The position numbers and the translations under genes were made by a program. Positions 29,374 to 39,184 of a DNA stretch of 64,000 bases are shown in pieces. The notes under the pieces were generated by a model. That model had not been told where the DNA came from, made no database searches, and saw nothing but the letters and a program-made list of their open reading frames with translations. The first letter of the stretch is position 1, and the number at the start of each line of letters is the position of its first letter. Source of the DNA: Rikenellaceae bacterium (lineage in GTDB: Bacteria > Bacteroidota > Bacteroidia > Bacteroidales > Rikenellaceae). The DNA lies in assembly GCA_015059735.1 (NCBI GenBank), contig SUZX01000004.1, forward strand, positions 34,844 to 98,843. Reading direction: 5' to 3'.

Positions 29374-29674
29374 TATTTCGACTTTGGTTGAAACGCCCTA
29401 AAAAGTGGCAAAAACACCGCGAAGCACACAGAGCGACACGGTATCGCAGGACAGATTTCACCGCAACCGACAACAACAACTCGCTCCATCACTAATGGCA
29501 ACAAACCCAAAAGACAAACCGACAAATTAGGCAAGACGACATACAATCTTGACAACGTATAAAATTCTCGTCCTGTCCCCATCGTAGGTGAGCCAAAATT
29601 CCAATTATAAACACTCACCCTGCCGCGAGATTCAAGAGAGAGAAGTGGATAAATTACATATCGACACCTTATAC

Positions 29675-29714
29675 AAAACGAAAATTGCCCCCGCCGAAAT
29701 TCGGCAGGGGCAAT
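29675..29714 (-). terminator. Rho-independent terminator of thrS-infC
   Basis: The stem ttgcccc(c)gccg/cggc(a)ggggcaa is followed on the minus strand by TTTTCGTTTTG. It lies about 75 nt downstream of the infC stop. Confidence 0.75.
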
Positions 29715-29787
29715 CATAAGCAGAAAAGATGATTTCCTGTTCGTAGGAGCTTCATCTATTCACTATTCGTCACACTTGGCAAGCAGA

Positions 29788-30435
29788 CTATTTTTTGCCT
29801 TTGGGTGCGAGCATCATATTCATCTTCTTACCATCAAGTTTGGGCATCATCTCCACTTTGGCGACCTCTTCCAAGTCGGTGGCAAAGCGCAACAGCAGAA
29901 TCTCTCCCTGTTCCTTGAAGACGATCGAGCGACCGCGAAAGAAGACATAAGCCTTCACTTTGGCTCCCTCTTTCAAGAAATTTTGAGCATGTTTCAACTT
30001 GAAGTTGTAGTCGTGATCATCGGTCTGCGGCCCGAAACGGATCTCCTTGATAACGACTTTTGCCTGATTGGCTTTGATCTCCTTAGCTTTCTTCTTCTGC
30101 TGATAGAGGAATTTTTGGTAGTCGGCAATGCGACATACCGGAGGATCGGCCTTAGGCGAGATTTCGATCAAGTCCAACTCCAATTCGTCGGCCAAACGCA
30201 GGGCCTCCCGAATGGGCATGACCTGCGGCTGTTCGATGTTTTCGCCGACAACGCGCACCTCGGGAGCTGTGATATGCTCATTGATACGGTGCGGGGTCTC
30301 TTTTTCGGGCGCACGGCGTCCTAATCGGGGGTCATTTCCGGCTGCGGGTTTCTGCGGTCGGGTATTCCCGGGAGTAAAAGGTCTCGGCGGGAATGATTTC
30401 GGTGTTGCGATAAGCGTAGGTATTAAAAAGTTAAT
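29788..30435 (-). CDS. infC: Translation initiation factor IF-3; start uncertain and probably non-canonical (ATT 30435, ATA 30423 or ATC 30411)
   Basis: The ORF-track start (GTG at 30258) lies inside the conserved [19 protein letters not shown] segment. The frame is open upstream to beyond the thrS stop and contains no ATG, GTG or TTG. Confidence 0.85.
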   Translation of the reverse strand: MNFLIPTLIATPKSFPPRPFTPGNTRPQKPAAGNDPRLGRRAPEKETPHRINEHITAPEVRVVGENIEQPQVMPIREALRLADELELDLIEISPKADPPVCRIADYQKFLYQQKKKAKEIKANQAKVVIKEIRFGPQTDDHDYNFKLKHAQNFLKEGAKVKAYVFFRGRSIVFKEQGEILLLRFATDLEEVAKVEMMPKLDGKKMNMMLAPKGKK

Positions 30436-30467
30436 AAATAAGTCTTGTTTTAGGTTTGAAGAGTCAG

Positions 30468-32420
30468 CTATTTCTTCTCCATTTTATTGGCCTCGGTTTC
30501 CTCTTTGACCAATCCGGTGATCATGTCGCGGAAAGCTTCGAACGACATCTGTCCCTTGTCGCCCTCACCCTGTGCACGCACCGAAACAAGTCCTTCGGCC
30601 TCCTCTTTTTCGCCAACGATCAGCAGGTAAGGAATGCGTTTCAACTCGTTGTCGCGGATCTTACGGCCGATTTTCTCGTTGCGGTCGTCGATCTGCGAGC
30701 GCACATCGTGCAGATTAAGGTATTCCACGACCTTCATGGCGTAGTCGTTGTACTTCTCCGAGATAGGCAATACAACCACCTGATCGGGCGAGAGCCAAAG
30801 CGGGAATTTTCCGCCGGTATGTTCCAACAGCACAGCCACAAAACGCTCCATAGAGCCGAACGGAGCACGGTGGATCATGATCGGACGGTGCAGTTTATCA
30901 TCGGCACCTTTGTAGGTCAGATCGAAACGCTCTGGCAGGTTGTAGTCCACCTGAATAGTTCCCAACTGCCACTTGCGACCGATGGCATCTTTGACCATGA
31001 AGTCGAGTTTCGGGCCATAAAATGCGGCCTCGCCATATTCGACAATGGTGTTCAGTCCCTTCTCTTGGGCTGCTTGAATAATGGCAGACTCGGCTTTCTC
31101 CCAATTCTCATCCGAACCGATGTATTTCTCGGTATTCTTGGGATCGCGCAACGAAACCTGTGCGGTGTAGTTGTCGAACTTCAACGTCTTGAAGATATAA
31201 AGCACGATATCGATCACACGTTTGAACTCTTCAAGCAACTGATCGGGACGCACAAACAAGTGAGCATCGTCCTGCGTGAAACCGCGTACACGAGTCAAAC
31301 CGTGCAACTCACCCGACTGCTCATAGCGGTAAACCGTACCAAACTCGGCCAAACGCACAGGCAACTCCTTATACGAACGAGGTTTCGAACGGTAGATTTC
31401 GCAGTGGTGAGGGCAGTTCATCGGTTTGAGGAGATACTCCTCGCCCTCGATCGGGGTGTGAATCGGTTGGAACGAGTCTTTGCCATATTTGGCATAGTGA
31501 CCCGAAGTGACATAGAGATCTTTATTACCGATATGCGGAGTGATCACCTGCTGGTAGCCATACTCTTTTTGCACGTTACGCAGGAATTGCTCCAAACGCT
31601 CACGCAACGCGGCACCCTTCGGCAGCCACAACGGCAAACCTTGTCCTACGCGCTGCGAAAAGGTGAACAATTCAAGGTCTTTGCCTAACTTGCGGTGATC
31701 GCGTTTTTTGGCCTCCTCCATCATCTGGATATACTCGTCGAGCATCGACTTCTTGGGGAACGTGATGCCATATACGCGGGTCAACATCTTGTTCTTTTCG
31801 TTGCCGCGCCAATAAGCTCCAGCGATCGAAGTCAGTTTGATGGCCTTGATATAACCCGTATTCGGGATATGCGGGCCACGACACAAGTCGGTGAAAGCAC
31901 CGTTGGTATAGAAAGAGATCGTACCGTCGGCAAGGTCCGAAATCAGTTCAACCTTATATTGGTCGCCTTTTTCGGTGAAAGTCGCCAAAGCCTCGGCTTT
32001 GGGAACTTCGCGACGGATGAGTTGCTCCTTGTTGCGGGCAAGCTCCTGCATCTTCTGTTCGATTTTCGGGAGATCGGCCTCGGTGATGGGTGTCGGCGAA
32101 TCGACATCGTAATAGAAACCGTTCTCGATAGCCGGACCAATACCGAATTTGATCCCCGGGTAGAGGGATTCGAGAGCTTCGGCCAGCAGGTGTGACGAGG
32201 TATGCCAGAAGGCGTGTTTGCCCTCTTCATCGTCCCATTTGTAGAATTTGATCGAGGCATCCTCCTCGATGGGGCGCATCATATCAACCGTTGCGCCATT
32301 TACCGAGGCCGCCAAAGAGTCAGCAGCTAAACGAGGGCTGATGCTCTCTGCGATTTGGAAGGCAGTCGTTCCTTTGGCGAACTCCCTTACCGAACCGTCG
32401 GGAAAAGTGATTTTTACCAT
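30468..32420 (-). CDS. thrS: Threonine--tRNA ligase
   Basis: The 650-aa product has a TGS-like N-terminus, an editing-domain HTSSH motif and class II core motifs. Confidence 0.97.
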   Translation of the reverse strand: MVKITFPDGSVREFAKGTTAFQIAESISPRLAADSLAASVNGATVDMMRPIEEDASIKFYKWDDEEGKHAFWHTSSHLLAEALESLYPGIKFGIGPAIENGFYYDVDSPTPITEADLPKIEQKMQELARNKEQLIRREVPKAEALATFTEKGDQYKVELISDLADGTISFYTNGAFTDLCRGPHIPNTGYIKAIKLTSIAGAYWRGNEKNKMLTRVYGITFPKKSMLDEYIQMMEEAKKRDHRKLGKDLELFTFSQRVGQGLPLWLPKGAALRERLEQFLRNVQKEYGYQQVITPHIGNKDLYVTSGHYAKYGKDSFQPIHTPIEGEEYLLKPMNCPHHCEIYRSKPRSYKELPVRLAEFGTVYRYEQSGELHGLTRVRGFTQDDAHLFVRPDQLLEEFKRVIDIVLYIFKTLKFDNYTAQVSLRDPKNTEKYIGSDENWEKAESAIIQAAQEKGLNTIVEYGEAAFYGPKLDFMVKDAIGRKWQLGTIQVDYNLPERFDLTYKGADDKLHRPIMIHRAPFGSMERFVAVLLEHTGGKFPLWLSPDQVVVLPISEKYNDYAMKVVEYLNLHDVRSQIDDRNEKIGRKIRDNELKRIPYLLIVGEKEEAEGLVSVRAQGEGDKGQMSFEAFRDMITGLVKEETEANKMEKK

Positions 32421-32496
32421 TGTTATTGTTTATTAAGTTTTTGAGGCTCTCGACGCTTCCACAATTACGAGACGGAATACGTCTGCATCCTCGGGT

Positions 32497-33594
32497 TTAA
32501 TCTTGTTGTTTCTCGGTGTCGGGAAGATCCTTCACAGAGATATCGCGGTGACTCTTTTCGCGTTCGGCACGAGGTAATGGATTGCTACTCCACTTCTGCC
32601 AATTTCGGCGTTTACGCACGATGTCGCAAGCGGCATAAAGTGCATTGCGCATCGATTGGGCATCGGCTTTTCCTTGACCTGCGATGTCGAAAGCGACGCC
32701 GTGATCAGGCGAGGTGCGCACGGCCGAAAGTCCCGCCGTAAAATTCACGCCATAGGGCGACAACGATTTGAACGGAGCCAACCCTTGATCGTGGTACATG
32801 GCCAAAATGCCGTCGTATTTGGCATATCCTCCGCTGGCAAACAAACCATCGGCAGCAAAAGGTCCAAAAGCCAATACGCCCTCCTTAAAAGCTTCGACAA
32901 TTGCCGGACGGATGATCTCCTCCTCCTCGCGGCCCAATAATCCACCATCGCCTGCATGGGGATTGAGAGCCATTACAGCAATACGCGGCTCTACGATACC
33001 GAAGTCCTGTTTCAAAGTGGCACGAAACGAATGGAGATCTTTGACGATCTTTTCACGGGTGATATTTGCCGGAATCTCTGCAATAGGAATATGTTTGGTT
33101 ACCAATCCCACACGGAGAATGTCGCTGCAAAGGATCATCATGGCATCGCCTTCGAACTCTGCACTGAAAAATTCGGTATGTCCCGTAAATTGGAAGTCGT
33201 TGCTCTGAACGGTTTGCTTGTCAAACGGAGCGGTTACTACGGCATCCAGCAACCCCTCTTTCAAGTCGCGAACAGCTCTTCGCAAGGCTTCGATTGCAGC
33301 ACGGCCGGCCTCAACAGTGGCTTTTCCGGGTTCGATCGCAGCCGGCTTACCGCATGCCACGAGGTTTACACGTCCCTGACGCGCCTCATGCGCAGAGGCT
33401 ATCGCCGTAAAGGATATGGGATCAACATCCGGAAGGGTATTTTTGTAAAATGTGGCAACTTCGGACGATCCATAGATAACGGGAGTAAACAACTCCGTTA
33501 TGCGCGAATCGGACAACGATCGGAGAATGATCTCCCAACCGATACCGTTCGTGTCGCCTTGTGCAATGCCTATTTTGAGTTTATGTTCCGACAT
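32497..33594 (-). CDS. pdxA: 4-hydroxythreonine-4-phosphate dehydrogenase
   Basis: The 365-aa product contains GDTNGIG, TGHTEF, NPHAGDGG and SPDHG motifs. Confidence 0.9.
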   Translation of the reverse strand: MSEHKLKIGIAQGDTNGIGWEIILRSLSDSRITELFTPVIYGSSEVATFYKNTLPDVDPISFTAIASAHEARQGRVNLVACGKPAAIEPGKATVEAGRAAIEALRRAVRDLKEGLLDAVVTAPFDKQTVQSNDFQFTGHTEFFSAEFEGDAMMILCSDILRVGLVTKHIPIAEIPANITREKIVKDLHSFRATLKQDFGIVEPRIAVMALNPHAGDGGLLGREEEEIIRPAIVEAFKEGVLAFGPFAADGLFASGGYAKYDGILAMYHDQGLAPFKSLSPYGVNFTAGLSAVRTSPDHGVAFDIAGQGKADAQSMRNALYAACDIVRKRRNWQKWSSNPLPRAEREKSHRDISVKDLPDTEKQQD

Positions 33595-33615
33595 AAATAA
33601 GTGCGTTTCAAACTA

Positions 33616-33623
33616 CAAAGCTA
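33616..33623 (-). promoter_or_regulatory. Candidate -7 box (TAGCTTTG) for pdxA
   Basis: The plus strand reads CAAAGCTA about 22 nt upstream of the pdxA ATG. Confidence 0.35.
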
Positions 33624-33688
33624 TAAAAAAAATACGATTTAATATTCGGCAATGGGCATTATTTTAAGAGAATCTTTGCAGATCGCAA

Positions 33689-34429
33689 TTATTTTGCCAT
33701 TCGACGGAATTCCGAGCAGACAATTCCGGTTGCCATTGCCACATTCAACGACTCCGAGCCACGACGGTCGGCCGGATAGGGTGGAATAAAAAGTTTGCGG
33801 GTAACGCTGCGGGCGACACGTTCGGTGACTCCGCGCCCTTCGTTCCCCATGACGATAATGCCGTTTTGGGAAAGCGGTGTTTCGTAAATGTTTGTTCCCT
33901 CCAAAAATGTGCCGTATATCGGTATGCCTTGTTTGACAACAGCGGAGAGATAGCCGGCCAAATCGGTATAATGCACCCGTACCCGCAGGATGGCTCCCAT
34001 AGTAGCCTGCACAACTTTGGGATTGAAACAGTCGGCCGTACCCTCCGAGCAGACAATATCCGTAATTCCGAACCAATCAGCGACCCGAATGATCGTTCCG
34101 AGATTCCCGGGATTTTGCACTTCGTCGAGAGCCAACACCAACTGCTCGGCAGGACAGACCTCGTCAAGGTTATAACGAGGGATCTCCACCAATGCCAACG
34201 AATTGGAGGACGTTTTGAGTAGCGACAGCCGTTCCATATCTCGCGGGGCAACGGTTTCGACTTCTCGACCGGAAAATGTTCCTTCCAAAGCAAAAATTTT
34301 GCGAATGGGCCAATGTGCCAAACGAAACTCTTCGATGAGTTTACTCCCTTCTGCAACAAAAAGTCCATGTTCTGTACGGCCCCGTTTATCGGCCAAATAT
34401 TTGACAAGTTGTACTTCTGCTTTGGTCAT
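33689..34429 (-). CDS. TrmH/SpoU family RNA 2'-O-methyltransferase
   Basis: The 246-aa product contains DEVQNPGNLGTIIR, GNEGRG and SLNVA motifs. Its ATG overlaps the rnz stop (ATGA). Confidence 0.85.
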   Translation of the reverse strand: MTKAEVQLVKYLADKRGRTEHGLFVAEGSKLIEEFRLAHWPIRKIFALEGTFSGREVETVAPRDMERLSLLKTSSNSLALVEIPRYNLDEVCPAEQLVLALDEVQNPGNLGTIIRVADWFGITDIVCSEGTADCFNPKVVQATMGAILRVRVHYTDLAGYLSAVVKQGIPIYGTFLEGTNIYETPLSQNGIIVMGNEGRGVTERVARSVTRKLFIPPYPADRRGSESLNVAMATGIVCSEFRRMAK

Positions 34430-35349
34430 CGTTGTTTCTCTATGGTAAATGTAGTGCCTTCGTTGGCAGGATAGGTTTCAGGGAAAAGAGTACGAGCCTC
34501 CTCTACCAATAGGTTTTCATCTTTATAGCGCGAAGAGTAGTGGCCGATCACAAGCCGGCCGGCTTGGGCCTTGATAGCTGCTTTGGCCGCATCGATGGTG
34601 GTCGAATGTCCACGATCACGAGCATCGCGCTGCTCTTTGGCAGCATAGGTTGCTTCGTGATACATCAGATCGACACCGGTGCAGAGAGTTGCCGCTTTGG
34701 CGGAGAAATTCGTGTCTGACAGATAGGCATATGAACGTGGCTGATACGGTCGATAGGTCAATTCGGCATTGGGGATCACTTCGCCGCTCTCCAAAACAAG
34801 ATCTTCGCCCCGTTTGGCCGCAGCAATCTGTGCGATCGAAAGCATGTACTTCGTAATCTTGAACTTATCGACATTGAGCGGCGGTTGTTTCTCGCGAAAC
34901 AAAAATCCGGCACAAGGAACCCGATGGCGTAACGGAACACTCCAAACCTCCAACGTGCGATTCTCAAAAAGCAGGCTATGCTCGGTGGTGCGCACTTCAT
35001 GCCACTCAACTTGATAGGGCAAATCGTTGTCAAAATAGCGAAGATGATGATCGAGCAACTCGCCAAAGGGGGCAGGAGCATAGACCGCGAGCGGAGTGCG
35101 ACGTCCATATAAACCAAGTGTCGAGATCAACGGGAAAAGGCCGAAGACATGATCACCGTGCAAATGTGAGATAAATACCGCTTGCAATTTCAACGGGTTA
35201 ATACCGTAGCGAATCAACTGCTGTTGAGTTCCTTCGCCGGCATCGACCAAATAGTATTGTTCATGGATATTCACAACCTGTGCCGACGGGTGCCTATTTC
35301 CCGTCGGACGAGCCGAGGCCGAGCCAAGTATGGTAACGCGAAAACTCAA
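34426..35349 (-). CDS. rnz: Ribonuclease Z
   Basis: The 307-aa metallo-beta-lactamase-fold product contains HLHGDH. Confidence 0.9.
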   Translation of the reverse strand: MSFRVTILGSASARPTGNRHPSAQVVNIHEQYYLVDAGEGTQQQLIRYGINPLKLQAVFISHLHGDHVFGLFPLISTLGLYGRRTPLAVYAPAPFGELLDHHLRYFDNDLPYQVEWHEVRTTEHSLLFENRTLEVWSVPLRHRVPCAGFLFREKQPPLNVDKFKITKYMLSIAQIAAAKRGEDLVLESGEVIPNAELTYRPYQPRSYAYLSDTNFSAKAATLCTGVDLMYHEATYAAKEQRDARDRGHSTTIDAAKAAIKAQAGRLVIGHYSSRYKDENLLVEEARTLFPETYPANEGTTFTIEKQR

Positions 35350-35392
35350 TATTGAAAATTACTAATCGTCTTATCTGTACAGCAAGATGAAA

Positions 35393-36313
35393 TTATCGCA
35401 ACAAGAATCGCTCACAGTCGAGGGCGGCGATACATCCCGATCCGGCTGCGGTGATGGCTTGACGGTAATGAGGGTCTTTGACATCGCCGGCGGCGAAAAC
35501 GCCCTCCACCGAGGTGCGCGACGATCCTCCTTCAACTTTGATATACCCCTCGGCATCTAACTCCAATTGGCCGGCGAAAAGTTCGGTGTTGGGATGGTGA
35601 CCGATGGCAAGGAAAAATCCCGAGATCTCGATTTTACGCTCCGAGCCGTCCGTTTTATGCAGCAAAGCACCCGTAACCCCCGACTCATCGCCCAACACCT
35701 CGGCAGTGTTATGCTCGAACAACACCTCAATATTCGGGGTGTTGAATACGCGCTCCTGCATCGCTTTCGATGCACGCAAGAAGGGTTTGCGAACAATCAG
35801 ATAGACCTTACGGCAGAGCGAAGCCAAATAGGTCGCCTCTTCGCAGGCCGTATCACCGCCACCGACGACGGCAACATCTTTCTTGCGATAGAAAAATCCA
35901 TCACATGTGGCGCAGGCACTCACACCCTGTCCTCGGAATTTTGTTTCGGAGGGAAGCCCGAGATACTTGGCCGAAGCACCGGTGGCAATGATCAAACTTT
36001 CGGCGACAATCTCTTTTGAGCCATCGACAATCACATGGAACGGGCGCGACGAGAGATCGACTTTGGTGATGATTCCCGAACGCAACTCTGCACCGAAACG
36101 TTGTGCCTGTTTACGGATGTCGGCCATCATCTGCGGGCCGTCGATCCCTTCGGGATACCCGGGAAAGTTCTCAACTTCGGTGGTAGTGGTGAGTTGACCA
36201 CCCGGCTCAATACCTTCATAAAGTACGGGTTGCAGGTTAGCACGGGAGGTGTAGATGGCGGCGGTATATCCAGCGGGACCGCTGCCGATAATCAATACTC
36301 TAACGTTTTCCAT
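35393..36313 (-). CDS. trxB: Thioredoxin-disulfide reductase
   Basis: The 306-aa product contains GSGPAG, the CATCDG redox centre and a second GGGDTA dinucleotide motif. Confidence 0.95.
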   Translation of the reverse strand: MENVRVLIIGSGPAGYTAAIYTSRANLQPVLYEGIEPGGQLTTTTEVENFPGYPEGIDGPQMMADIRKQAQRFGAELRSGIITKVDLSSRPFHVIVDGSKEIVAESLIIATGASAKYLGLPSETKFRGQGVSACATCDGFFYRKKDVAVVGGGDTACEEATYLASLCRKVYLIVRKPFLRASKAMQERVFNTPNIEVLFEHNTAEVLGDESGVTGALLHKTDGSERKIEISGFFLAIGHHPNTELFAGQLELDAEGYIKVEGGSSRTSVEGVFAAGDVKDPHYRQAITAAGSGCIAALDCERFLLR

Positions 36314-36317
36314 AGTA

Positions 36318-38072
36318 TTATTTTGTTTTACTGTTTTCTGTCTGTTTCAAACCTCTTACCATAAAATAATCTTCATGCCGTTCGGTTTCGTTGTCGCTGT
36401 CCAATCCGTAACCTACGGCCATATCGGTCGAACAATCACGGTCGCGGTCGCGATCAGTCATGGATCGCAAAGTGGCATGAGCTTGACGACCAGAGACAAT
36501 CATGTCGCCCACCTCCTCAACGGTGGGCGTATGTCCCAATATCGAAGCATAAATCCCCTCTGCCCAGCTATGAGCATAGTCGTCATAATGTACTTCGAAA
36601 ACCCGAAACCGATTGTCCACAGCATCGGGAGTTGTTAATTCATCGTTTTCGATCGCTGCGACAAGGGCATCGACTTCGCGTTTGGTGATATATTGTCCGG
36701 CAATATCGAGCCAGCGCCCCGAGCCGTCGTATCGTGCTTGGCTGCATCCTCGGTCGAGCATTGCACCCAATGCCGCGACAAGAGCTTTGTTGTAAAGCCC
36801 GATTCCGCGTCGCAAGGCCGTATCTCGAATCTGCACTTTGTTGTAGGCATATCGCGGGGCATTGGGATCTTGCTCTTCGAGTTGATGAAGCGTATTGAGT
36901 GCCTGCAACATCGCCCCTGCAATATAGGGATTGTATTCCGCAAAATCGATCACATCGCGCCCCACCTTACGACGATCGCGTGCCGGCCATTTCTCGATGT
37001 CGCGCACCGCTCCGTAGCTCGCCAAATTCGCCGCCGGCATCAGATACGAATTTCCCTCTTTTTCGATCAAGTAGGAGTAGGGAAAAACCGAGGTGTCGTG
37101 GTGGAACGAGTGATGGCCCATGATCATCGTGAAAGCGCCCTCCAATGCCGGAGCCATGATGTAGGCACTGCTGGCAAACTTACAACCGCGCAGGTGCACT
37201 GCCTGATGCACCGCTCCGCTCTTGAAAAGGTGGTTGCTTTGGTTTGAGCCGCTCCCCGCATTAAAGAACGAAAACATGCCGGCAATCAGCAACGATGACT
37301 TGTGGTGCGAAACGGTATAAGGCCCTGCAAAGATCGAGGCAGCCTCGCCGTTTTCGCAGTGCGAATTGGCAAAAAAGAGTGACTCGGCAGCCGAAAACCC
37401 TTTATCCAAACGGCAACTCTCACCCACAAAACAGCGTTCAACAGTAACCCCATTATCCATTCGAGAGCCTTCGGCCGCAATGAAATCATAGGCTTTGACA
37501 TCAACTCCAACGGTTGCACCATCGCACAAAGTACCATTACAAAGCACCGAAGCTCCATCGATCGACACATTGTCACCCATGCGAATTTCGCGAATGAAAC
37601 GAGCTCCGGTAATGTAGCAATTGCATCCCGTAGCCCCCAGATCGTCGGCCACCTCTTCGGCACGCGTGGCTGCCATCCGTTCAAGGGCTGCGATCAAGGC
37701 CGGCCGATGGCGATAGACTGCCATCAAATAGGCGACCTGTGCCGACATCCGATCGAAAATATGTACCGTGCGACCGCCACATTCGTTCATGGTTGCCACA
37801 GGCACGTTGTTGCCGAAAGTCGAGCGCATGCGACATTCGAGAGCCGTTATCCCCTCGACAACCGTACCGTCACCGAGCCGGTAGTTTTTGACCCGCGAGC
37901 GGATGATTCGCACTCCCGACCCGATCTCCACACGACCCTCCAAGCGGCATTGTAGCAACTGTTCGGGGACAAAATCGTTGCTGACGAGGATCTGCGACCA
38001 ATCTTCGGCCGACGATCCTCGCGTCTCTACTGCGGCGATCTCTTCGGGATATAAATTTCGCGGTGCGGTCAT
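36318..38072 (-). CDS. Conserved Bacteroidota protein with beta-helix-like repeats (DUF4954-like), function unknown
   Basis: The family assignment for this 584-aa product is from memory of N-terminal and central similarity and is not verified. Confidence 0.5.
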   Translation of the reverse strand: MTAPRNLYPEEIAAVETRGSSAEDWSQILVSNDFVPEQLLQCRLEGRVEIGSGVRIIRSRVKNYRLGDGTVVEGITALECRMRSTFGNNVPVATMNECGGRTVHIFDRMSAQVAYLMAVYRHRPALIAALERMAATRAEEVADDLGATGCNCYITGARFIREIRMGDNVSIDGASVLCNGTLCDGATVGVDVKAYDFIAAEGSRMDNGVTVERCFVGESCRLDKGFSAAESLFFANSHCENGEAASIFAGPYTVSHHKSSLLIAGMFSFFNAGSGSNQSNHLFKSGAVHQAVHLRGCKFASSAYIMAPALEGAFTMIMGHHSFHHDTSVFPYSYLIEKEGNSYLMPAANLASYGAVRDIEKWPARDRRKVGRDVIDFAEYNPYIAGAMLQALNTLHQLEEQDPNAPRYAYNKVQIRDTALRRGIGLYNKALVAALGAMLDRGCSQARYDGSGRWLDIAGQYITKREVDALVAAIENDELTTPDAVDNRFRVFEVHYDDYAHSWAEGIYASILGHTPTVEEVGDMIVSGRQAHATLRSMTDRDRDRDCSTDMAVGYGLDSDNETERHEDYFMVRGLKQTENSKTK

Positions 38073-38161
38073 TAGTTACGGTTTAATGGATGCAAATATA
38101 ACAATTTGCAAGCGGAATCGCAACTCTTGCGCCGCAATGTATCAATCCGATTTGATGACAT

Positions 38162-38193
38162 AAAAAAAAACGGGATCTTTGTGGAGATCCCGT
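38162..38193 (-). terminator. Rho-independent terminator of slyD
   Basis: The stem cgggatc/gatcccg is followed on the minus strand by a T9 run. Confidence 0.75.
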
Positions 38194-38212
38194 TAAAATC
38201 GCGTGTGATCGT

Positions 38213-38752
38213 TTAGTGACAATTGCAGTGGTCGTCGCAGCAACCCTCACTACATTCGTGATCGCCGCCGCACGAGCCGCACGAGCAGTGTCCCTGCAAA
38301 TCTTCGGGAGTAACGTCGCGTACCGAAACCACCTCAACCTCGAAGTTGAGCGTTTTGCCAGCCATCGGGTGATTGAAGTCCATCTTAACGGTCTCCTCGC
38401 CTACCTCTTTGATGATACCCAACATGCGGTTGCCTTGTGCATCGCTCATCGGCACTTGCGAGCCTACGAAGAGAATATCCTCGGCCAACTTGCCATCGAC
38501 CATGAAGATATTCTTCGGCAAATCGACAATGGCATCGGGAATCAATTCACCATAACCGTCTTTGGGTTCGAGAGTGAAAGCCACGCTTTCGCCGGCTACT
38601 TTGCCCTCGATGGCAGCCTCGAATTTCGGGAGCAGCATGCCCGTGCCGAAGATAAATTCCAGCGGCTGCCCGGGCTGCGACTGGTCGGCAATTTGTCCGT
38701 CAACGGTGAGTTTGTAATCCACCGCAACCATTTTGTTTGCTTCTACTTTCAT
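38213..38752 (-). CDS. slyD: FKBP-type peptidyl-prolyl isomerase SlyD with Cys/His-rich C-terminal tail
   Basis: The 179-aa product has an FKBP core (FIFGTGMLLPKFE...NHPMAGKTLNFEVEV) and the tail GHCSCGSCGGDHECSEGCCDDHCNCH. Confidence 0.9.
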   Translation of the reverse strand: MKVEANKMVAVDYKLTVDGQIADQSQPGQPLEFIFGTGMLLPKFEAAIEGKVAGESVAFTLEPKDGYGELIPDAIVDLPKNIFMVDGKLAEDILFVGSQVPMSDAQGNRMLGIIKEVGEETVKMDFNHPMAGKTLNFEVEVVSVRDVTPEDLQGHCSCGSCGGDHECSEGCCDDHCNCH

Positions 38753-38800
38753 AATAATCTATTGGTTAATTAGTTTTTCGTTATTTCACTTTGAGTTTGG

Positions 38801-38808
38801 CAAAGATA
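38801..38808 (-). promoter_or_regulatory. Candidate -7 box (TATCTTTG) for slyD
   Basis: The plus strand reads CAAAGATA about 50 nt upstream of the slyD ATG. Confidence 0.35.
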
Positions 38809-39184
38809 CCGACTTCTCGGCGAGTTGCCAAATTTCGCTCCGAAAAAGTGAGAAATAATGAAAATGTTGTGAAATTTTGTATACCTTTGTAAAGTCGACC
38901 GAGATTCGGTCGGCAGACATATTTTATTGATGAAAGTGTAATCGCTTTTATCCTTGATCGGAAATCTGGAAAATTTCATTGCAACAGGGAAAGCAACACA
39001 CTCGTCACCTTGTATTGGTTTTTCATGATGGCGGCATTTTTGCTCCATACTCCCAATACGGGTGTGGGGTATTGTTTATTTGTTGCAAGGTATTCCAGAA
39101 CCTCCGATCAGATAGACGATTCGGCTCCACACTTTCTTTTTGTATTAACCCATCTTTGGAGCTCGATGAAAAACCTCAAAAAGT

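Noticed and set aside
29289-29717. ORFs 29289-29495 (+, contains the G11 run as GGGG) and 29367-29717 (-, 116 aa).
   Set aside because: They have no protein-like composition or signal. One has a slippery homopolymer in frame and the other runs through the infC terminator hairpin. I treat the region as non-coding.
29124-29787. An invertible (shufflon or fimS-like) promoter upstream of the fimbrillin-like gene.
   Set aside because: I found no pair of long inverted repeats flanking the promoter segment, and no nearby tyrosine or serine recombinase gene. Only the compact 14-bp palindrome and a short direct repeat (aaaaatctaa at about 29246 and 29295) are present.
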